From NCBI GenBank assembly GCA_965370265.1, contig CBDUSL010000002.1, forward strand, positions 1 to 41,439: a stretch of DNA of 41,439 nucleotides. The letters are read 5' to 3'. This document shows, piece by piece, positions 22,109-29,844 of this stretch. Both the position numbers and the translations under genes were made by a program. The notes beneath the pieces were generated by a model. The model did no database searches, had not been told where the DNA came from, and saw only the letters and a program-made list of their open reading frames with translations. The first letter of the stretch is position 1. The number at the start of each line of letters is the position of its first letter. This stretch comes from an uncultured bacterium. GTDB lineage: Bacteria; Patescibacteriota; Patescibacteriia; JAXHNJ01.

Positions 22109-23401
22109 ATGAATCAAAAAGGAATAACAAATATATTAGGATTAGGAATTGTATTAGCGATTGTAATTCTTGGATTTTCTTTGGGGTATGTTTATTTAAA
22201 ACCAGAAGAAAAGACAAATAGCAATGTAAATATAAAAATAAATACTAATACCACAACTAATACAAATTCAGCGTCCTTAGTGCCAGTCGATACGGTGGCT
22301 GAAGCCCATACAAATTTTGGCTTAAATATTTTAAAAGAACTTTATAATAGTGATAAAACCGAAAATATATTTATTTCCCCGACCAGCATTGCTCTGGCTC
22401 TTTCCATGGTTTATAATGGGAGCGACGGAGAAACAAAAACTGAAATAGCCGAAGCCCTTGAGGTCTCCGGTATTTCTCTTGAAGAACTAAATCAACAGAG
22501 CCAAAGCCTTATTACTCAATATTCAAATATTGATCCGAAAGTTGAAATAGCGATTGCCAACTCAATCTGGACTCGTGAAGGTTTTAACCCAAAATCAAGT
22601 TTTATAAACCTTTTAGAAAACTGGTATCTTGCCCAAGTTAAGGCCCTTGATTTTGACAAAGAAGAAGCGGTTGATGAAATTAATGAATGGGTAAAAAATA
22701 ATACCCAGGAAAAAATCGAAAGTATTGTTGATTACCCTATTTCCTCAGATGTAATAATGTATCTTATCAACGCCACATATTTTAAAGGAACTTGGACAAA
22801 TGAATTTGACCCGGAAGATAATAAAGAACGTATCTTTACTAATGGCGATAGCTCACAGGAAGATCACATTATGATGTATCGTCACGACAATTTTTCATAT
22901 CTGGAAAATGACGACTTTCAGGCCATTAGTCTGACTTATGGAGAAAACGAACGCTTAAGTATGTATGTTTTTTTACCAAAAGGTGAACTTGAATTATTTA
23001 TGGCTAAATTGAATTCCGAAAATTGGAATAATTGGTTAACAAATTTTCAAAGCGAAAAAGGGACCATATATTTGCCAAAGTTAAAACTTGAGTACGAAAA
23101 AAGTCTTAATGAATATTTAAAAGCGCTGGGCATGAATTCAGCTTTTAAAGAATCGGCAGATTTTTCAGAGATTGCCCCTAATATTTTCATCAGTGATGTA
23201 AAACATAAAACATTTGTTGATGTAAATGAAGAAGGGACTGAAGCAGCCGCAGTGACGAGTGTTGAAACGGAACTTACTTCGGTAGGAAATCCAGAAGAGA
23301 CTTTTTATATGGAAGTTAATAAACCCTATTTCTTTGTTATTCGGGACAACGATAATGGAGAAAATCTTTTTACCGGAATAATAAATAATCCAGAAATTTA
23401 A
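22109..23401 (+). CDS. MNQKG-leader, membrane-anchored serpin-family protein
   Basis: MNQKGITNILGLGIVLAIVILGFSLGYVYL plus stalk, then the serpin core: ..NIFISPTSIALALSMVYNGSDGETKTEI.., ..YFKGTW.., hinge EEGTEAAAVT, ..NKPYFFVIRD.. Confidence 0.9.
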   Translation: MNQKGITNILGLGIVLAIVILGFSLGYVYLKPEEKTNSNVNIKINTNTTTNTNSASLVPVDTVAEAHTNFGLNILKELYNSDKTENIFISPTSIALALSMVYNGSDGETKTEIAEALEVSGISLEELNQQSQSLITQYSNIDPKVEIAIANSIWTREGFNPKSSFINLLENWYLAQVKALDFDKEEAVDEINEWVKNNTQEKIESIVDYPISSDVIMYLINATYFKGTWTNEFDPEDNKERIFTNGDSSQEDHIMMYRHDNFSYLENDDFQAISLTYGENERLSMYVFLPKGELELFMAKLNSENWNNWLTNFQSEKGTIYLPKLKLEYEKSLNEYLKALGMNSAFKESADFSEIAPNIFISDVKHKTFVDVNEEGTEAAAVTSVETELTSVGNPEETFYMEVNKPYFFVIRDNDNGENLFTGIINNPEI

Positions 23402-23468
23402 AAAACATATAAAAAAAATCCTTTCTACTTTCCAATTCACGGAATAAGATTATAAATTATTAATTATT

Positions 23469-24857
23469 ATGGACAGAATTTTTACGACCGAAACATTAAA
23501 TCAAATAGACAAAAAAGTTAAATTAGCCGGATTTGTTCAGAGTATCCGGAAAATGGGCTCAATTGTTTTTGTTGATTTACGCGATAAAGAAGCGATAATC
23601 CAGGTCGTTTTTGACAAAGGTTTTAAGGAAGCAAAAGACTTAAAACCAGAATATGTAATTGAACTGGAGGGTAAGATAGTCAAGCGAAGCGAAAATAATA
23701 TTAATCCAGAAATTGCTACTGGCGAAGTAGAGGTGCAGGCGACCTCGCTCAAAGTATTATCCAGGGCCGAAACTCCGCCTTTTGAAATCGAAAACGAAGA
23801 CCGGCAGGCAAATGAAGAATTGCGGCTCAAGTATCGTTATCTTGATTTACGCCATGAACGAATGAAAAAGAATATTATTTTAAGACACAAGGTAACTAAG
23901 TTTATTCGCGATTGGTTGACCACCAGCGGTTTTACGGAAATCGAAACTCCGCTTTTAACCAAAGGAACACCGGAAGGGGCCAGGGAATACATTGTTCCTT
24001 CCAGGAATTTTCCAGGCGAGTTTTATGTTCTTCCCCAGAGTCCGCAACAGTTTAAACAACTACTGATGGTGGCCGGCTTTGAAAAATATTTCCAAATTGC
24101 CCGGTGCTTTCGGGATGAAGATGCCAGGGGGGACCGGCAAGCTGAATTTACCCAACTTGACTTGGAGATGTCTTATGTAGAACAGGAGGATATTTTGAAG
24201 CTGACCGAGGAATTATTTATTGACCTGGTAAAAAATGTTTGTCCAGATAAAAAAATCTCAAAACTTCCTTTTCCGCGGCTCACTTATGACGAAGCAATTA
24301 AAAAATATAAGAGTGACAAGCCTGATTTAAGAAAGGATAAAAAAGATAATAATGAACTGGCCTTTTGCTGGATTATTGATCCCCCTCTTTTTGAAAAATC
24401 AGAAACTCAAAATAAGTATGTTTCCGTCCATCACCCTTTTACAGCGCCAAAGGAAAGCGACGAAAACAAGCTGGATAAAGACCCTCTTAAAGTAAAAGGG
24501 CTCTCTTACGATTTGGTTTTAAACGGTTTTGAAATCGGGGGTGGGAGCATAAGAATCCATGACCAAAAAATACAACGGATGATATTTGAGATTTTGGGCC
24601 TTTCTGATGAAGAAATTAAAAAAAGGTTCGGCCATATTCTGGAAGCCTTTAAATACGGAGTTCCTCCGCACGGAGGTATCGCTCCTGGTATTGACCGGAT
24701 TGTAATGATCTTGGCCGGAGAACCCAATATCCGGGAAGTGATTGCTTTTCCTAAAACTGCTGAAGCCAGGGATTTGACAATGGGGGCACCGTCAGAACTG
24801 CCGGAAGAACAGTTAGGAGAAGCTAATATAAAAATTAATAAAAATGAAAATCTCTAA
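23469..24857 (+). CDS. aspS: aspartate--tRNA ligase, bacterial type but lacking the GAD insertion domain (462 aa)
   Basis: OB fold at the N-terminus, QSPQQFKQLLMVAGFEKYFQIARCFRDEDARGDRQAEFTQLDLEMSY, ..SDKPDLR joined after about 12 aa to ..FCWIIDPPLFE.., HHPFTAP, and GGGSIRIH..PPHGGIAPGIDR. Confidence 0.93.
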   Translation: MDRIFTTETLNQIDKKVKLAGFVQSIRKMGSIVFVDLRDKEAIIQVVFDKGFKEAKDLKPEYVIELEGKIVKRSENNINPEIATGEVEVQATSLKVLSRAETPPFEIENEDRQANEELRLKYRYLDLRHERMKKNIILRHKVTKFIRDWLTTSGFTEIETPLLTKGTPEGAREYIVPSRNFPGEFYVLPQSPQQFKQLLMVAGFEKYFQIARCFRDEDARGDRQAEFTQLDLEMSYVEQEDILKLTEELFIDLVKNVCPDKKISKLPFPRLTYDEAIKKYKSDKPDLRKDKKDNNELAFCWIIDPPLFEKSETQNKYVSVHHPFTAPKESDENKLDKDPLKVKGLSYDLVLNGFEIGGGSIRIHDQKIQRMIFEILGLSDEEIKKRFGHILEAFKYGVPPHGGIAPGIDRIVMILAGEPNIREVIAFPKTAEARDLTMGAPSELPEEQLGEANIKINKNENL

Positions 24858-25158
24858 ACTCCAGAAATTTATTTTAGTTACGGCCTATACCAATCGAGCC
24901 AAAAAAATCACCCGTCGGGGCTTCGACAAATTTTATAAAGACCAGAAGAAAAAACCGAAAAAAGATGATGTAAAAAATATTATTACCAAATCTATTGAAA
25001 GGCTGATTGACAAGGAAATGCTTATCGGTTACGGACGCCGAACCCCTCATAAATGGTTTATTAACGACATCCAGTTAACGGTTAAAGGAAGAAAGACGGC
25101 AAAAAAAATGCTTGGGGAACAGCAAAAACTACCTTTTAAAAAAATTAATAAAAAATAA
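24844..25158 (+). CDS. small basic protein, possible winged-helix DNA-binding protein
   Basis: 104 aa, ..IERLIDKEMLIGYGRRTPHKWFINDIQLTVKGRKTAKKM.. resembles a MarR-like wing. It overlaps the aspS end by 14 nt. The assignment is tentative. Confidence 0.55.
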   Translation: MKISKLQKFILVTAYTNRAKKITRRGFDKFYKDQKKKPKKDDVKNIITKSIERLIDKEMLIGYGRRTPHKWFINDIQLTVKGRKTAKKMLGEQQKLPFKKINKK

Positions 25159-25160
25159 TT

Positions 25161-25715
25161 ATGACTGACCATTTTATCTCTCCCATAAGCGAGGAGGAAA
25201 AGGAGGAGAAGGCTAAGCTAGAGCAAAAAAAGAAAAAGAAACCAAAAAATGAATTTTCTGCCTGGGGCATTTTCTTTGGAATATTGCTATTCGCCGTTTT
25301 ATTAACCATGTGGGAGCTGGGATTTAGTGATTTGCCTAAGTTTTTCAGTCCTTATTATGATGTCTGCCGGAATGCCAGCCCAATTATTATCCAGCAGCAG
25401 TGTAACATGAAGCAGTTCGACATAGTTAACCTCCTTTTACATATTAGTCTTCTGATTCCTTTGTTGCTTGTGGCGGTATCTGTTTCTTACGCTAATTCCG
25501 GCAAAAAAATGCAAAGTCATAATAAAATAGTTCTAGTCGCTTATTTATTTTCCGTTTTAATTCTCTCTATTCATTTATTTATTGAATTTGCCAGATATCT
25601 TTTTGAATATTATCGAGAGGTTGGCGATTATGTGATTCTAACCTGTATTGCCCTTGCTTTTATTGGTTTTATTATTTATCTTCAAAAAAGGTTTAATCGG
25701 CCTAAAGAAGTTTAA
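25161..25715 (+). CDS. membrane protein of unknown function (about 4 TM)
   Basis: Charged N-terminus followed by four hydrophobic segments. No family recognised. Confidence 0.6.
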   Translation: MTDHFISPISEEEKEEKAKLEQKKKKKPKNEFSAWGIFFGILLFAVLLTMWELGFSDLPKFFSPYYDVCRNASPIIIQQQCNMKQFDIVNLLLHISLLIPLLLVAVSVSYANSGKKMQSHNKIVLVAYLFSVLILSIHLFIEFARYLFEYYREVGDYVILTCIALAFIGFIIYLQKRFNRPKEV

Positions 25716-25732
25716 TCATTAAATTAAAAAAA

Positions 25733-26263
25733 ATGTCTATTCCCGCCAAAATTAAAAATTACCTGACCAAAAATAAACTTAAGTTTGAAATTATTAAGCA
25801 CAAAACTGTTTTTACCGCTTATGACTTGGCTCAGACTACCCAGTTAAAATTAAATCAGATTGGCAAAACACTTTTTGTTAAAGCAGATAAGGATTATTAT
25901 CTTATTCTCTTGCCCGGAAACAGAAGGCTTAATATTCCCAAGCTCAAAAAAATTCTAAAAGCTAAAAAGGTCAGCATAGTCAAAGAAAAAGAAATGGCTA
26001 AAGAGCTGAAAATTAAACCAGGGGCGATCACTCCTTTTGGTAGCTTATATAAAGTCGGGGTGGTAGTTGATAATTCTCTGACCAAAGTAACAGACGCTCT
26101 TTTTGGAGCGGGCAGCTTCACAGAGAGTTTAAGGATAAAACTTAAGGACTATTTGAAAATGGAAGAGCCGGTCAAAGGCGATATTGGTGAAAACGCCGGC
26201 CTTAAAATCCAGAAAAACCCGGCTGCCTCTAAGAAAAAAAAGGTAAAAAGCAAAAAAAAATAA
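25733..26263 (+). CDS. YbaK/ProX-type aminoacyl-tRNA deacylase domain protein with Lys-rich tail
   Basis: ..FEIIKHKTVFTAYDLAQ..IGKTLFVKADKDYYLILLPGNRRLN..KLKK......V......E......K.GAITPFG.. matches the YbaK/EbsC fold. Confidence 0.78.
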   Translation: MSIPAKIKNYLTKNKLKFEIIKHKTVFTAYDLAQTTQLKLNQIGKTLFVKADKDYYLILLPGNRRLNIPKLKKILKAKKVSIVKEKEMAKELKIKPGAITPFGSLYKVGVVVDNSLTKVTDALFGAGSFTESLRIKLKDYLKMEEPVKGDIGENAGLKIQKNPAASKKKKVKSKKK

Positions 26264-26278
26264 TCTAAATACTTCCGC

Positions 26279-26304
26279 AGGCCGGCAGTTTTCTGCCGGC
26301 CTTT
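26279..26304 (+). terminator. GC-rich hairpin after the YbaK-like gene
   Basis: AGGCCGGCAG-TTTT-CTGCCGGCCT followed only by TT(T). 10 bp stem with a short U tract. Confidence 0.5.
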
Positions 26305-26313
26305 AGTGAATTT

Positions 26314-27024
26314 ATGTACAAAATTAAAGTTGAAAAATTTGAAGGCCCTCTTGATCTGCTTTTAAGTTTAATTGAAAAAGAAAAGTTGGATATTACCCAG
26401 GTCTCTTTGGCAGGCGTTACAGAGCAGTATATTCACTTTATTGAAGAATCAGAGTCGATCTCTCCGGAAGAGCTGGCTGATTTTTTGGTTATTGCCGCCA
26501 AACTTCTTCTTATTAAGTCAAAAATTCTCCTTCCTTATCTTCAACAAGGAGAAGAAGAGGACTCTGGTCTTGAACTTGAACAGCAGCTTAAGATGTATAA
26601 ACTTTTTGTGGAAGCTACGGCCAATGTAGAAAGATTATTAAAAAAAAGGAAATTTTCCTATTTTCGTGAATCAAGTAAAATGTTTGAAGCAATTTTTATT
26701 CCCCCGAAAAATATTAAAAAGAGCGATTTACGGAATGTATTTTACGCCATTATTAAAGGGATTGAGCCGGTTATTACTTTTATAAAACGAGCGGTTAGAA
26801 AATCTATTTCTCTAAGGGAAAAAATATTTCATATAAAAGAAATTTTAATGAAAGCCGAAGAAAGTAATTTTAATGAACTACTTTCCCAGGCAAAATCCAA
26901 AACAGAAATTATTATCACTTTTTTGGCGCTCTTGGAGCTGGTTAAACAGCGGGATATCGCTGTGATGCAGGATGATATGTTTTCTGATATTACTATAAAA
27001 AAAATTAACGAATATAAAAAATGA
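26314..27024 (+). CDS. scpA: segregation and condensation protein A
   Basis: ..KFEGPLDLLLSLIEKEKLDITQVSLAGVTEQY.. and ..IITFLALLELVKQ.. match ScpA. Confidence 0.9.
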   Translation: MYKIKVEKFEGPLDLLLSLIEKEKLDITQVSLAGVTEQYIHFIEESESISPEELADFLVIAAKLLLIKSKILLPYLQQGEEEDSGLELEQQLKMYKLFVEATANVERLLKKRKFSYFRESSKMFEAIFIPPKNIKKSDLRNVFYAIIKGIEPVITFIKRAVRKSISLREKIFHIKEILMKAEESNFNELLSQAKSKTEIIITFLALLELVKQRDIAVMQDDMFSDITIKKINEYKK

Positions 27025-27605
27025 GTATAAAATCAAAAATAGAAAGCTTGCTCTTTGTCTCTATTAATCCTCTTTCTACCAAAAAAATTGCCAGTTTGCT
27101 CAAAAGCGATCCGGATAAAGTAAAAACCGCTCTTTATGAACTTGGAGATGATTTAAAAAACCAGGAAAAGGGAATTCACCTTATGTCTGTCGGGCAGAGC
27201 TGGCAGCTGGCCACCAACCCTGATAATTCTTCTTTGATAAAAGAATATTTAAAAGATGAACAAAAAGGGGAGTTATCCCGCCCCTCACTTGAAACTCTTA
27301 CTATAATTGCTTATCGCGGCCCGATAGCCAAGTCTGAGCTTGATATTATACGGGGGGTCAATTGTTCTCTTATTTTAAGAAATTTAATGATAAAAGGTTT
27401 AATTGAAGCCAGGGAAGATAAAGCAAAAATGCAGACTTTTTATCAAGTAACTTTTGATTTTTTAAAATTTCTCGGCCTTTCTAGGGTAGAAGATTTACCT
27501 GAGTTTAAAGAATTAAATAATGATGAAAACCTAGCCAAACTACTTCACCCGGAAATGAACGAAGAAGAGGAAAAAAACGACGAAAAAGAACAAAATGAAG
27601 GTTAA
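27021..27605 (+). CDS. scpB: segregation and condensation protein B
   Basis: ..IESLLFVSINPLSTKKIA.., ..LSRPSLETLTIIAYRGPIAKSELDIIRGV.. ATGA overlap with scpA. Confidence 0.9.
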   Translation: MSIKSKIESLLFVSINPLSTKKIASLLKSDPDKVKTALYELGDDLKNQEKGIHLMSVGQSWQLATNPDNSSLIKEYLKDEQKGELSRPSLETLTIIAYRGPIAKSELDIIRGVNCSLILRNLMIKGLIEAREDKAKMQTFYQVTFDFLKFLGLSRVEDLPEFKELNNDENLAKLLHPEMNEEEEKNDEKEQNEG

Positions 27606-27635
27606 TTTTTATTTACAATTAGGTAAAAATATAGT

Positions 27636-28133
27636 ATGTTAAATGTAGATTATGCCGGTATTTTTAGTAATTTTTCTCCGGAATTTGTAACTGTTTTAGT
27701 GGCCATGATTCCTATTGCTGAGCTGAGAGTATCCCTTCCTTTGGCCCTGGGTACTTATGACTTATCCCTCTTTTCGGCTTTTTTCTATTCGTTCATTGGC
27801 AACATGATTCCCGTTTTCTTTATCCTCTGGTTTTTAGAACCCGTTTCTAATTTTCTTATTAAACATTCCCGTTTCTTCCGCAAATTTTTTGACTGGCTTT
27901 TTGAAAGAACCCGTCGCCGCTTCAAAAAGAGTTCTAAGCGCTATGGGGTATTAATTGCCTTGATGTTGTTTGTTGCTATTCCCTTGCCGGTCACCGGTGC
28001 TTGGACCGGCTCGGTTGCCGCTTTTCTTTTTGGTGTGTCTTATCGCAAGGCCATTCTAGCCATTGCTCTGGGCGTAATAGTAGCGGGGATAATTGTCAGT
28101 TCAGTTTATTTTGGAACAATAAGTCTAATATAA
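27636..28133 (+). CDS. small membrane protein, COG2426 (putative small multidrug export protein) like
   Basis: ..MIPIAELRVSLPLAL.. and ..IPLPVTGAWTGSVAAFLFG.. resemble that family. The function is unproven. Confidence 0.65.
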   Translation: MLNVDYAGIFSNFSPEFVTVLVAMIPIAELRVSLPLALGTYDLSLFSAFFYSFIGNMIPVFFILWFLEPVSNFLIKHSRFFRKFFDWLFERTRRRFKKSSKRYGVLIALMLFVAIPLPVTGAWTGSVAAFLFGVSYRKAILAIALGVIVAGIIVSSVYFGTISLI

Positions 28134-28140
28134 ATATTTA

Positions 28141-28944
28141 ATGGCAAAAAAGAAAATCGCGCCCAGCGCGAAAAAAGCCAAAAAATTTGAACCGATTATT
28201 GTCGGCAACTGGAAAATGAATCTTTTTTATCAGGAAACAGAAGATTTGATTGCCGGTCTTAAGGAGAATTTAAAAGTATTTCGTAAAGACGCCACCATTA
28301 TCGTTTGCCCTTCTTTTCCTTATCTTGATCGGGCGCATGAACTTTTAATCGCTTCTAAAATAAAATTGGGAGCCCAGGATGTTTTTTGGGAGAAAGACGG
28401 TAACTTTACCGGCGAAGTTTCTGTTAAAATGCTAAAAGAACTTGGCTGCCAATACGTTATCATTGGTCATTCCGAAAGAAGGGGATTCCTTGGTGAAACA
28501 GATGAAATGATTGACCGGAAAGCAGTTAGTGCCTTACGCAGCAAACTCACTCCCATTATCTGTGTCGGAGAAACCAAGGAAGAAAGAAGACAGGGCATTC
28601 ATTATATGATTATTCATGACCAGGTTAAAAAAGCTCTTCGCTATGTCAATCCGGTATTTCAAAATGAAAGATTAATTATCGCCTATGAACCTGTCTGGTC
28701 GATTTATCCGGGCCAGCCCTGCGAACCAAACCAGGCCAAAGAGTTCGCTATGGTGATTCATCAGGCCCTTATAGATTTATATCCTCACGAAGTGGTTGAA
28801 AAAAGTTTCCGAGTTATCTATGGCGGAAGTATTAATGAAAAAAACGTCTTAGATTATGTAGATGGTGAGCATTTTTCCGGAGTTTTAGTCGGCAACGCTT
28901 CTTTAGATGCAGATAGCTTTACTAAAATAATAAAAAAGTTTTAA
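28141..28944 (+). CDS. tpiA: triosephosphate isomerase (Lys-rich N-terminal extension)
   Basis: ..IVGNWKMN.., ..VIIGHSERR.., ..ICVGE.., ..IAYEPVWSI.., ..YGGSI.. Confidence 0.93.
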   Translation: MAKKKIAPSAKKAKKFEPIIVGNWKMNLFYQETEDLIAGLKENLKVFRKDATIIVCPSFPYLDRAHELLIASKIKLGAQDVFWEKDGNFTGEVSVKMLKELGCQYVIIGHSERRGFLGETDEMIDRKAVSALRSKLTPIICVGETKEERRQGIHYMIIHDQVKKALRYVNPVFQNERLIIAYEPVWSIYPGQPCEPNQAKEFAMVIHQALIDLYPHEVVEKSFRVIYGGSINEKNVLDYVDGEHFSGVLVGNASLDADSFTKIIKKF

Positions 28945-28949
28945 CCCCC

Positions 28950-29831
28950 ATGCTTGTCTTATTAAAAGATTTAGTGGAAAACGCTCAGAAGCATAAATAT
29001 GCGGTGGGCGCTTTTAACACATCCAATCTTGAAGTTACCTTAGGTATTGTTCAGGCCGCGGTTGAAAGTCAGGCTCCGATAATAATTCAGGTTTCAGAAT
29101 CAGCGATTAAATACGCCGGCCTAAAACCAATTACCCACATTGTGGAAACAATCGCCAAAAATGAAGCCGTTAATATTCCGGTTGCTCTTCATCTTGATCA
29201 TGGCAAAAGTTTTCGCTCGGTAGCCGAATGCATTGAAGCTGGTTTTTCCTCAATAATGATTGATGCTTCGAATGTTCCTTTTGACGAAAATGTGGCGATT
29301 ACCAAGCAATCAGTTGATTACGCTCATAAATATGGTGTCTGGGCCCAGGGAGAACTCGGCCAAATAAGTGGTTCAGAAGATTCGGTGGTAGTTGAGGATA
29401 AAGACGCTTTTTTAACAGATCCCGAAGAAGCAAAACGGTTTGTTAAAGAAACCAAAGTTGATACGCTGGCTGTTTCCGTCGGTAATGTTCACGGTATTAA
29501 TAAACTTCGTAAGGGAGTGCCAAAAATTAATCAGCAGCGCCTTAAGGAGATACACGCCGTAATTCCCGATATGCCTTTAGTTTTACACGGTGCCTCGGGT
29601 TTGCCTGAAAATGACATAGTAGAAGCGATTAATAACGGCATTAGAATTATTAATATCGACACTGAATTGCGGCTGGCTTTTACTGAAAAAATAAGAGAAA
29701 CTGTAAAAAAGGATAGAGATGAATATGATCCAAGAAAAATTCTCCAACCCTCGATAGACGCGGTTAAAAAAATAGTTGCTCATAAGATTGAAATATTTCA
29801 GTCGAAAAATAAAGCAAAAGATTTTCAATAA
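28950..29831 (+). CDS. fba: class II fructose-bisphosphate aldolase
   Basis: ..YAVGAFN..NLE.., ..PVALHLDHG.., ..SSIMIDAS.., ..GELG.., ..LAVSVGNVHG.., ..LVLHGASG.. Confidence 0.92.
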   Translation: MLVLLKDLVENAQKHKYAVGAFNTSNLEVTLGIVQAAVESQAPIIIQVSESAIKYAGLKPITHIVETIAKNEAVNIPVALHLDHGKSFRSVAECIEAGFSSIMIDASNVPFDENVAITKQSVDYAHKYGVWAQGELGQISGSEDSVVVEDKDAFLTDPEEAKRFVKETKVDTLAVSVGNVHGINKLRKGVPKINQQRLKEIHAVIPDMPLVLHGASGLPENDIVEAINNGIRIINIDTELRLAFTEKIRETVKKDRDEYDPRKILQPSIDAVKKIVAHKIEIFQSKNKAKDFQ

Positions 29832-29844
29832 TTAATTTAATAAT

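Noticed and set aside
19550-22290. Asn/Thr stalks considered as arrays of N-glycosylation sequons, linked to the WecA-like and GT4 genes in the window.
   Set aside because: - The dominant (N-T)n periodicity does not itself create N-x-S/T sequons. Only a few occur per stalk (NIT, NVS, NAT, NSS, NTS).
- AAT/ACN-rich low complexity is expected in an AT-rich genome.
- No oligosaccharyltransferase gene is visible here.
- O- or N-glycosylation remains possible but is unsupported by this sequence.
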